Below, piece after piece: positions 8,451 to 16,600 of a stretch of 64,000 bases of DNA (the stretch's first letter is position 1; every line of letters begins with the position of its first letter). Position numbers and translations under genes: made by a program. Origin of the DNA: Candidatus Omnitrophota bacterium (GTDB lineage: Bacteria > Omnitrophota > Gorgyraeia > Gygaellales > JAHJCI01); assembly GCA_042570305.1 (NCBI GenBank), contig JBHPGP010000001.1:828-64827 (forward strand), in the 5' to 3' direction. The notes beneath the pieces are model-generated. The model saw nothing but the letters and a program-made list of their open reading frames with translations, was not told the origin of the DNA and made no database searches.

Positions 8451-9619
8451 TTTCTTGCCTCCCAAGTAAATTTCTCGTTATCCGGACTGAATTCAGTGGT
8501 GGTATGAACAGGGTCTATTATTAACCCATAAGCAGGGTTAACTCTAGACCAGCCATTGGGTTTATTTAATCTTATTATGTGCGTAGCCCTCTGCCTTGCG
8601 TATACATTGGTGAATGAGGATATCGTACTGTCGTCTTCTGTTTTAGTCAAGTAATTATTCCTATTTTCTTTAACCAGGGTGTAAGCATTAAGCAGGCCCT
8701 GTTGCTCATCGAGCAATTCCCCGTCAAAATCCCGGTCCTTATCGTGCTCCCAGGTGCTAACCGCAAGATATCTATTATCCAGCTCGCCCTCCTGATAATC
8801 TACATATTTAAAACTCTGTATTCTGCCGCAGTAACCATTTGCATCGCAATCCCCGGTTCCCTCCTGAGTGCCCCTCACGGCAATGATCATTTCCTGCTGC
8901 CCGTCATAGTCAAGGTCAGCAGAGGATATTTTATGCTTTGGCTTCCCTGCCCCCTCTCTGAAATAGGCAAATTTTTTGTCAGGTTCTTCATCCGGGCTTG
9001 TGCGGTTTTGCACAAAGATTTGGTTGCAGGCTACCCAGCGCTCTTTAAATTGTTCTAAATCTGCGGCTCTTTCAACAGGAGTTTTTTCAAAAACCACCAT
9101 TATTGAACCACCGCAGACGGATTCGCGGTAATCCGCTGTTGTAAATGCGCCGTGGCTATAATTAATCCCTTCAATTGCCCCATCTGCCAGCTCTCTATCA
9201 GTTAAGCCTAAGGTATCGTTAATCTCGATTATTTGCAGCGGAAGATCAGAATCTACGGGGATTTCGTCATAATCGTCTATATAAAGTGCATTTGTGTTGC
9301 TGTCCCAGGTTACTGCTCCTCCGCCGCTTATTGGCGTGCGGTCAGCAAAACCCCAGGGGTCATTAGGATCGGGTATGCCTTTATCCTTTATGGTTGTCAT
9401 AGAAACGGTTGCGCCGGGTCCGGATTTATAAAAAGCCGTTTTCATTGCCTTGCGGAAAGACTGCATGACAGTATTTTGCTGATAATTTGCATGCATGCCG
9501 TATTGCAAAAGCATAGCCAGGCACAACAGCAGTATTGACCCGAAAGAAGCCAACTCCACCAATGATTGTCCCTTTTTATTATTCAAATAATTCATCCGGA
9601 AACTCCCCAAGCGTTTCAC
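8447..9619 (-). CDS. Large pseudopilin/TadE-TadF-like protein
   Basis: 390 aa. N-terminus ...NNKKGQSLVELASFGSILLLCLAMLL is a pilin-like leader plus hydrophobic helix, followed by a ~340-aa soluble domain. The start is uncertain: an internal Met sits at 9595, and the track start overlaps the upstream gene by 41 nt. Confidence 0.55.
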   Translation of the reverse strand: MKRLGSFRMNYLNNKKGQSLVELASFGSILLLCLAMLLQYGMHANYQQNTVMQSFRKAMKTAFYKSGPGATVSMTTIKDKGIPDPNDPWGFADRTPISGGGAVTWDSNTNALYIDDYDEIPVDSDLPLQIIEINDTLGLTDRELADGAIEGINYSHGAFTTADYRESVCGGSIMVVFEKTPVERAADLEQFKERWVACNQIFVQNRTSPDEEPDKKFAYFREGAGKPKHKISSADLDYDGQQEMIIAVRGTQEGTGDCDANGYCGRIQSFKYVDYQEGELDNRYLAVSTWEHDKDRDFDGELLDEQQGLLNAYTLVKENRNNYLTKTEDDSTISSFTNVYARQRATHIIRLNKPNGWSRVNPAYGLIIDPVHTTTEFSPDNEKFTWEARK

Positions 9620-9932
9620 TGCTTACTCTGCGTAGTCTTTCATTTCCCGTTACAGAGGTTGTTCTGATTCCAAAAATCTTTCCCTCTTCTGCCAGCTGGG
9701 GCGCTGAAACCTCTACCTGCCGCGATATGGTTGTGGTTGTCCCAGACTGAAAAATACTCATTACGGAATTAATATGGCCAGCATCGTATTGCCCGCCTAT
9801 TGTATCAGCCGCCTCTCGCAGCCTTCCCTGTGCGGCTCGCTTTACATAATGCTGCATAAGCAGCAGGGCAGCAGATAAGCAGACCACAAGCATGGTATAT
9901 TCAATAATTGACTGTGCTTTTTTATTTCGCAT
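9579..9932 (-). CDS. Extended Flp-like pilin paralogue
   Basis: MRNKKAQSIIEYTMLVVCLSAALLLMQHYVKRAAQGRL... has a Flp-type xxxxEY N-terminus and the shared MQxYVKRxxQGR motif. Confidence 0.65.
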   Translation of the reverse strand: MRNKKAQSIIEYTMLVVCLSAALLLMQHYVKRAAQGRLREAADTIGGQYDAGHINSVMSIFQSGTTTTISRQVEVSAPQLAEEGKIFGIRTTSVTGNERLRRVSSETLGEFPDELFE

Positions 9933-9934
9933 AT

Positions 9935-10408
9935 TTAATAGCTGTGTTCAGGCGTGTTTGGCCGAGTAACCTGGTCGTATTCCATTTTCTGAAAAGCTTC
10001 ATTATTCCTAATCATAACGCGTGTATTTTCATCAATGCGTGAAAAATGCCTGCCTTTCGTCCAGTTTCTTGTTAAGTTAGTATTGTCGAAATTGCTTAAG
10101 CTCATGGAAGGGATAGGAGGACCAAACTCCTCATCCACATTATCCTCTATGCCTATTTCCTGAATGCGCTGGGCACGAAGCTCACTTTTCCTTGCCGTTA
10201 CTTCCGAGACACTCAATCCCGGTCCAAAAGTCATATTCTCGATATAATCAGGTATAAAGCCAAACATTCCTAAGTTATCCACCGGCTCTTTTATCACTAC
10301 CTGAACCCCGCGCTGGATATAAAGGTTGATTGCCAGCAGCAGGGAGCTAATCACCCCTATAACAATCGCGTATTCAGAAACATTTTGAGCTCTCTTGTTA
10401 CTAATCAT
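9935..10408 (-). CDS. Extended Flp-like pilin paralogue
   Basis: MISNKRAQNVSEYAIVIGVISSLLLAINLYIQRGVQ... with a 157-aa body. Confidence 0.6.
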   Translation of the reverse strand: MISNKRAQNVSEYAIVIGVISSLLLAINLYIQRGVQVVIKEPVDNLGMFGFIPDYIENMTFGPGLSVSEVTARKSELRAQRIQEIGIEDNVDEEFGPPIPSMSLSNFDNTNLTRNWTKGRHFSRIDENTRVMIRNNEAFQKMEYDQVTRPNTPEHSY

Positions 10409-10754
10409 AACAATCTATCTCCTGGATACTGAGGCCGCCCCTGACGCTTTCGCCAGCAAAGTCGTCAAGCGAGCCGGAAAAAGCTATTCGTTGCCGTCCG
10501 TCCGTGTTTACCACAACATCAATTTCTCTGCCCTGTTCGGCTTTGGAATACTCGTGAACATAGTATGGCTCGTACTGGGTTATTGGCCGGGCGGAAGAGG
10601 GAGAGACCTGCCGGGCTGTTCGATCTACTAAATCAGCGTAACGACCCTGCAGGCCTCTCTTGACATATGACTGTATGGTTATCATCGCAAGTATAATTAC
10701 AGCCACGCAAATGGTGTATTCACTAACGCTTTGTCCTCTTCTCGGTATTCTCAT
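10401..10754 (-). CDS. Extended Flp-like pilin paralogue
   Basis: MRIPRRGQSVSEYTICVAVIILAMITIQSYVKRGLQGR... It shares the QYEPYYV motif with the 11126-11500 product. Confidence 0.65.
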   Translation of the reverse strand: MRIPRRGQSVSEYTICVAVIILAMITIQSYVKRGLQGRYADLVDRTARQVSPSSARPITQYEPYYVHEYSKAEQGREIDVVVNTDGRQRIAFSGSLDDFAGESVRGGLSIQEIDCYD

Positions 10755-10787
10755 AATCGCCTTAACAAGGGTTGCTGGTTTAAGCTT

Positions 10788-11105
10788 TTACTTGCTATAC
10801 AAATCCTCGTCCTCTGCCCATGCCTCAACAGATTCTGAGCCTGTTCTTGAGCTTACCTGAGCAGCCGTATGTTCTGTCCTGCCCACGCGGTCATGTACAG
10901 ATTGCTCAACCTCTGACGACTGAGTGATTGAAAAATTGCCCGTATAAACAGTCGGGTCATACTGGTCACCCATATCATCAGAAGCGCTTTTTAATCTGCC
11001 GGCAAAACCGCGTCTTACATAGTGCTGCATAAGCAAAAGACCAGCCACCACCACAGCAATAATTAAGGCATATTCTAATGTACTCTGGCCCTTACGGTTA
11101 AACAT
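10788..11105 (-). CDS. Extended Flp-like pilin paralogue
   Basis: MFNRKGQSTLEYALIIAVVVAGLLLMQHYVRRGFAGRL... A GGAGG Shine-Dalgarno sits upstream. The 5' end is identical to that of 11126-11500. Confidence 0.7.
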   Translation of the reverse strand: MFNRKGQSTLEYALIIAVVVAGLLLMQHYVRRGFAGRLKSASDDMGDQYDPTVYTGNFSITQSSEVEQSVHDRVGRTEHTAAQVSSRTGSESVEAWAEDEDLYSK

Positions 11106-11125
11106 TTCTTTTCACCTCCTCAATA

Positions 11126-11500
11126 TTAGCGGCCCGAATCATAATCGTCTCTGTGATAATCATCATCCCATGTTGTCTCATCATAGGCTCCGACCTGACG
11201 TGTTGTCGACTCGGCAATAGCTGTACGATCCGTTTCACCGCGCGCTGCAATGTCTTCTGTGAGGCTCCTGCTGCTTCCAACAGTACCTTCTGAATCAACG
11301 TAGTATGGCTCGTACTGCTTGGTAGTAAACTCTATATTTGCTCCTCCTAAAACTCCTGGTGTTGGAGCATGGTCAACAGCATCTGCTACTCTACCCTGAA
11401 GACCCCTTTTTACGTAAACCTGCATTGCCACTGCTGCGGCAATTACCAACGCAATAAGTATTGAATACTCCGCAATATTCTGGCCCTTACGGTTAAACAT
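11126..11500 (-). CDS. Extended Flp-like pilin paralogue
   Basis: MFNRKGQNIAEYSILIALVIAAAVAMQVYVKRGLQGRV... with a GGAGG Shine-Dalgarno. Confidence 0.7.
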   Translation of the reverse strand: MFNRKGQNIAEYSILIALVIAAAVAMQVYVKRGLQGRVADAVDHAPTPGVLGGANIEFTTKQYEPYYVDSEGTVGSSRSLTEDIAARGETDRTAIAESTTRQVGAYDETTWDDDYHRDDYDSGR

Positions 11501-11527
11501 TTCTTTTCACCTCCTCATTTAAAGATT

Positions 11528-11698
11528 TCAATCTGGCAACCTGCCAGCTGCGCCTTCAATAGACCCTTTAGATTCCGTGAAGACTGTGTCTACTGCGGTC
11601 GGAAGAAACGTCCTTGCCGCAACGACAACTGCAGCTATAATTGCCGTTAACACAATCACATACTCCAACACGCTCTGGCCCTTTTTTTTCCTGCGCAT
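11528..11698 (-). CDS. flp: Classical short Flp pilin (56 aa), below the ORF-track cutoff
   Basis: Hand translation gives MRRKKKGQSVLEYVIVLTAIIAAVVVAARTFLPTAVDTVFTESKGSIEGAAGRLPD*. ATG is the complement of 11696-11698 and the stop is at 11528-11530. GGAGG lies about 10 nt upstream. It carries the G/xxxxEY Flp processing motif. Confidence 0.75.
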   Translation of the reverse strand: MRRKKKGQSVLEYVIVLTAIIAAVVVAARTFLPTAVDTVFTESKGSIEGAAGRLPD

Positions 11699-11740
11699 AT
11701 CCATTCACCTCCTTTCGCTTTCCGATCTTAATATATATAA

Positions 11741-11887
11741 TTATTGCGGCTCAGCATTAATCTGGTCCTGAATCAGTTTAAAATTCGCCTGCACTGCTCG
11801 CTGTACATAGAGATGCATGGCCAGGAATGCCGCTGCCACAATAGTAATTAGTAATGCGTATTCAATTGTGCTCTGCGCTCTTCTCAT
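11741..11887 (-). CDS. Short Flp-like pilin (48 aa), below the ORF-track cutoff
   Basis: Hand translation gives MRRAQSTIEYALLITIVAAAFLAMHLYVQRAVQANFKLIQDQINAEPQ*. Its ATG overlaps the stop of the upstream gene (ATGA at 11884-11887). Confidence 0.65.
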   Translation of the reverse strand: MRRAQSTIEYALLITIVAAAFLAMHLYVQRAVQANFKLIQDQINAEPQ

Positions 11888-12090
11888 CTTAGCATATCGT
11901 CGACTGCTTGGTCAAAGGCATCATTGCAAATCTCTTTTATGCCCGGACGCTCACCGGGTCCGGGATTCGGATTGGTAAAGAATTTGCTTTTAGTAAAAAA
12001 CAAAACGATTGCCACTACGGAAATCGTTAATATACAATACTCGAATATTGACTGACCATGAATACTTTTATTAATCTTTTTAAAAGTCAT
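11884..12090 (-). CDS. Flp-like pilin, first gene of the pilin array
   Basis: MTFKKINKSIHGQSIFEYCILTISVVAIVLFF... has a G-QSxxEY motif. GGGAG lies upstream of the ATG. Confidence 0.6.
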   Translation of the reverse strand: MTFKKINKSIHGQSIFEYCILTISVVAIVLFFTKSKFFTNPNPGPGERPGIKEICNDAFDQAVDDMLR

Positions 12091-12227
12091 TATTAACTCC
12101 CAAATAAAAAACCGGCGCTACCGTTTCGGCAGCCCGGTTACAACATAAATTCCACAATAATTTTTCCCGTGGCTTTGCTATCCCCTTGTCTTGCTTAAGG
12201 GAACAACCCTTGTCGTTCGGCAGTTAA
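12091..12227 (-). promoter_or_regulatory. Structured ~135-nt leader of the pilin operon ending in a terminator-like hairpin plus U-run (possible riboswitch or attenuator)
   Basis: The minus-strand RNA contains an AAGGG-UUGUU-CCCUU hairpin (12197-12211). It also contains GGGGAUAGCAAAGCCACGGG (GCAAAGCC at 12171-12178), similar to the 3991-4000 core. A CCGGGCUGCCGAAACGGUAGCGCCGG hairpin (12112-12137) is followed by UUUUUU (12106-12111), about 15 nt before the GGGAG SD and ATG. Confidence 0.5.
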
Positions 12228-12256
12228 AGTATAACATAGGTGCAAGATGCTGTCAA
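12228..12256 (-). promoter_or_regulatory. Sigma70-type promoter of the pilin operon
   Basis: On the minus strand, TTGACA (12251-12256), a 17-nt spacer, then TATACT (12228-12233). Confidence 0.7.
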
Positions 12257-12287
12257 GCTCAAAATTAGGGGCATAGAAAGCGTTTTC

Positions 12288-13169
12288 TTAGGGCAGGTTT
12301 TTTGGCAAAATTTCCAATTTTGCATCCACCAGAACCAGTTCTTTTTCCGGACTGAATACTCGCAGGCTGTTTATCTTTTCAGCGGCATACAACAAATCCT
12401 CATGCCAGACAGCGTCATTCATCCAAGGAGAATGCTCAGGACAGAAGAATTGAACCTCTAAAAGGCCGTCTGTTTTCTTGAAATTTGCCCATAATGCATA
12501 GAAACGCTCCTGCATAGCAGGCAAACCCAGGTATTGGTATGAATGAGGAAAGAAATTTGTCTGAGCATAGGAGCTTAATTCTAAAAGGCATTCTTTATGT
12601 AACTCATTGATTTTGTTAATGTTATGGCTAAAATTAGCTCTCATTAAAGCATTATTTATCGCAGCAATTTTAATGTTTGCTAATTGCTGCAAATACTGGC
12701 TTATGCAGCCAGGAGACACTTCTTTGCCAGTAAACAGCCAAAGGCTTTTCTTATCTTTAAAAAAGGGCATATAGAGTGCGGTTTCGATTAGTGTTTGCAG
12801 GTCCTGCTCAGACCAGCCAGGAAAATAAGCAAAAAGGCCATTTGCGAGAATAGAGGTCAAGCTGAGCTGAAAATCAGCTATTTTTAAGAAAATAATGCCG
12901 CCGTACTCAATAAACACCCTTTCTTTACTGATCAATTTTATCTCAGCCGGAGCACTAAAAGCAGCCTGTTGTTTCCTGCTTCTTCTTCCTACTGGACTGC
13001 TTAAATTACTCTGTTTAATTACGCTATTTATTAATGATTTTGACAGGCTTACCTGGAATTTCTCCCTAATCAGCGGAATTAATCTTCTGCAGGATAATTC
13101 CGGACTAGCCTTCTTTTTCTCAATAATAAAGTCCTTAATTACGTTACTTAACTTGTAAGAACTGGTCAT
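12288..13169 (-). CDS. Hypothetical protein with an N-terminal helix-turn-helix-like segment
   Basis: 293 aa. The N-terminus (SPELSCRRLIPLIREKFQVSLSKSLINSVIKQSNLSSPVGRRSRK) looks like an HTH followed by a basic linker. I recognise no family for the rest. Confidence 0.35.
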   Translation of the reverse strand: MTSSYKLSNVIKDFIIEKKKASPELSCRRLIPLIREKFQVSLSKSLINSVIKQSNLSSPVGRRSRKQQAAFSAPAEIKLISKERVFIEYGGIIFLKIADFQLSLTSILANGLFAYFPGWSEQDLQTLIETALYMPFFKDKKSLWLFTGKEVSPGCISQYLQQLANIKIAAINNALMRANFSHNINKINELHKECLLELSSYAQTNFFPHSYQYLGLPAMQERFYALWANFKKTDGLLEVQFFCPEHSPWMNDAVWHEDLLYAAEKINSLRVFSPEKELVLVDAKLEILPKNLP

Positions 13170-13173
13170 TTTA

Positions 13174-13217
13174 ATTTGGACATTGATTTGGACATTGATT
13201 TATTAAATTGGACATTA
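13174..13217. repeat. Three direct copies of an ATTTGGACATTG-like motif between a candidate promoter and the 12288-13169 start codon
   Basis: ATTTGGACATTG at 13174-13185 and 13186-13197 (tandem), and AATTGGACATTA at 13206-13217. On the minus strand a TTGACA lies upstream. Confidence 0.7.
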
Positions 13218-13276
13218 ACTATAGATATAGATTAACTTATTTATTATAATTTGTCAAGTGTAATTTAAACTATATC

Positions 13277-13618
13277 TTATATAATAGTGATAATATCGCC
13301 TATTTTGGTTTGGCTTGATTTGAGCATTCCTTCAGGAAGCTCTATAGTCAAACTTGCGTTAAAATAGATGGGGCTGACCCTGAAAGGCTTTAATGAAGGA
13401 AGAACAGCAATTACCCTGCCTTTATTGTCCAGGAAGATAGCATCTATAGCAAAACGCATAAACAGCGTGTGAATAGAGTTTGAGGGCTTAAGAACCAGGG
13501 CTTCCCCTGTTTCCAGGGACTGGCGATTAAGCAATCCAACCAGCCTCCCCCAAAATGTATGCGCAATCTTTACCCTATCAGCAAGAATGGCATTATTTCT
13601 TAAATTAGTAATCTTCAT
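13277..13618 (-). CDS. DUF192 family protein
   Basis: 113 aa. ADRVKIAHTFWGRLVGLLNR...NSIHTLFMRFAIDAIFLDNKGRVI matches the DUF192 pattern as I remember it. Confidence 0.65.
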   Translation of the reverse strand: MKITNLRNNAILADRVKIAHTFWGRLVGLLNRQSLETGEALVLKPSNSIHTLFMRFAIDAIFLDNKGRVIAVLPSLKPFRVSPIYFNASLTIELPEGMLKSSQTKIGDIITII

Positions 13619-13627
13619 CTTATAAGC

Positions 13628-16600
13628 TTAATCTTGTTCATTATAACAAAATGCAAGCATATTTGCAAAATTCTTATATGCTCCCAAATGAAAATCCCTA
13701 AGCTGACGATGCCAGGAGTAGGTGGTAAAAATGTAGCTGCCCCTTCCGTAACGCGCAATAAGATAGCCTCCTTTAAGCGGAATATCCTGAGAAAAACAGG
13801 AAATTAATTCAGTATATTTGCTTGAATATTCAAAAGCAAAAGAAAGGCCCCGATCCTGCAGCCAGCCATCAAAGTCCAGCGCAGTAATTTTATTTGGGAA
13901 ATTGAACAGGGAGTGCCCGGGCTTAAGAATTACAATCTTGGCATCCTCATCAGTTACAGGATTAAACTCCATCTTAATACGATAGGGAGCATAGCTAAAC
14001 TCGGGTTGCTTCCTTAGATAAGCAGGGGCAAACACTATAAGATTGCCTCCATTTTTCACAAATTTAAGCAGGTGTTTATTGTTCGCCTTAACAAGTGCCT
14101 CATCAGAGGAATAAACCCCTTGCCCCAAAACTATGGTATCGAATTGCGATAAATCAGCTCTATTCAGGAAATCCGCATCCAGGCTCTCGAAATCACAGCC
14201 TAAAGTTTTCAGCGCAATGAACAAAAGATTGTTGTTTTCTTCAACCAAGCCTATGCGCAAAGGAGTTGCTATTTTTACGCCCGGGAGGCCTGAAGGCACG
14301 GGGGCCTGCATATCTTCAACAGGCAAAGACAGGCCTGTCTGGATTCCGTCAAGGAAAGAATATTCCTGCTGCACAGGAACACTGGATTTGGCCAATTGAT
14401 AGCTGACTTCTGCCTGCTTATACATAGTGCTCAGCCATTGCCAATCGCCCTGGCTGCGGTGTTGCCTTAATGCATCCAGGGCAATCTGGCTTATCGTTTT
14501 ATCTTCTGGCTGAATACGCTGCCTGACATCTATTGTAACCGTATCGCTATCTGTATCGTTCTTTAAACTGAATTCCTGACCGGTACGCCTCTGGTAAAAT
14601 TTAAGGGGCTGCCAGGGAAGAAGCCCCTGCTCTTGCATCTCTGGATAGGCTGCAGGGTCACCCGCCAAATCAAAAGCCTGCTCAGCTAAAATAACCAGAG
14701 CTTGATGCTGACAATGATCATCAGCGTTGAATTTATTGTGTTTAGTAATAATGATGTGCGGCTTTATAAGGCGGTAAAAATATACTAATCTTTCCAGGGT
14801 ATCCTGCTGGCCCCATACTGTAAATGCCTCTTGGGGATTACGGCAATAGCCAAAATCATGCTTACCTAAATAATAAACCCTGTTAACTCCCAGAATAGAT
14901 GCAGCCCTTTCCATCTCATCGGTACGCAAGAAGCCCAGTTCTTTATCAAGCAGCTGGTTAAGCTCGTTCTCTCCTGCTTCGCCCCGCGTAGCCAAAAGGA
15001 TATAGCTGGAACAGCCTAGCTTTCTTTTAAGATATGCCAGAGCCTGTCCATCCTCATCATCTGGATGAGCAGCCAGACAGAGTACGCGGATTGAGCCTTT
15101 ATTCCCTTGAGCCCTGATACTGTTTTTAAGGTCGCTAAACTTGGCAACTATATTCTTGAATACGCTGCCTTGCCCCCTCTGACTATCCAGCCATTCTTCA
15201 AATGCCTTTTTAAATAATTGATAGGCGCATAGCGCCTGGCTTTGATTAGAAAACATGCTTAACCATTCTATGGGTAAATCTTCAAAGGGCTTAATCTCCA
15301 GCCTGCCGTCAGAATGGATAATCACAGGGGAGAGGTCATTAGGATTAGGCGATACATAGCCTGTATTGTGTAGCTTTAAGAATAGCGCTATTATTTCTTC
15401 CTGGGATGCAACCAAAGAATCAATAATGGACTGCTTGGCCTGGCCGTCTAACCGGCTACAGGCTTCCTGCTGCCTGGCATAAGGAGAAGTTCTATTGCTT
15501 GCGCTGAACCTGGTATGCGCTTTTAATTTACCGCCGCTACCTAATCTCTCGAACTCTTTGCCGATTAAATATGCGCTGCGCGTATAGAGGTTAAGCCCAT
15601 ATTGATTGACTAAACCTCCTTCATGCTGTCCGGTAATAAACATCGGTATCCTGGAAGATTCCTGAAACTTATCTATAAACCTGGGGTCGCGCGCGTGTAT
15701 GCCAGACAGGGTATAGTTACTAAGCACCTCTCTCCAGCTGTTGAATTCTTCCTCCGTGCGGCAATAGACGTCACTAATCAGTTTTTGGGTAATCTTCTCC
15801 TCCACTGTCATATCCCTTAATAAATGACTTAAAGGCTTTCCAAAGATCCTTTCCTTTTCTGCTAATATCCTGGCAAGGGAAGCATCCAGATCTTCCTGCT
15901 TAATTCTGCCCTCCTCGATTGCTTTTTTTACATGCTTAATTATAGATGAAATGGTCTCTTTCGCATGCTGGGGAGATTTTACATAGAATATAGCAATGTC
16001 GGCTCCTGCCTGAAACGCCCTGACTACAATCTCTCCTATATACGGCTCTTTGATTTCCTGCTGCAGGGCATATTCTCTAACTGCCTGCATAACCAATAAC
16101 TCGTCAACAATGATTATTCCTTTAAACCCTAATTCCTCCCGCAGGATCCCGGTTTGGATCTGGCGGGATAGAGAAGCTAATTCCTTCTTTAAGTCAGGAT
16201 AAATTGCATGGCCAATCATTATCCAGAAATTAACCGGTTCTTTAATCAACCTCATAAAGGGCAGAAAATCTTTTTTCAGGAGCTCTTTTTTAGAAATCTT
16301 TATTTCAGGCAGCCAGACATGACTATCTGAACGACTGTGCCCTAAGCCAGGAAAGTGCTTTAATACCGGGGTTATCCCGCCTTTAGCCATGCCTTTGATT
16401 ACTGCATAGGCCAGCTCAGCTACTATGTCGGGGTCCTGGGAATAAATGCGTTTCTTTCTTGCCAGGGGAATACTGGTATCCTCAATATCATCAGCCACAT
16501 CCACCACAGGAGCAAAATTTATATTGTATCCTTGCCTTTGCATAGACCGGCTGATACTCGCCCATTCGTGCTCAAGCTGCTTAAGGTAATCTTGCGCATT

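Noticed and set aside
12288-13169. Possibility that the HTH-like ORF is a transposase or mobile-element remnant
   Set aside because: I could not recognise a DDE or other catalytic motif. I saw no terminal inverted repeats or target duplications around it. The nearby repeats are direct and operator-like, not IS ends.
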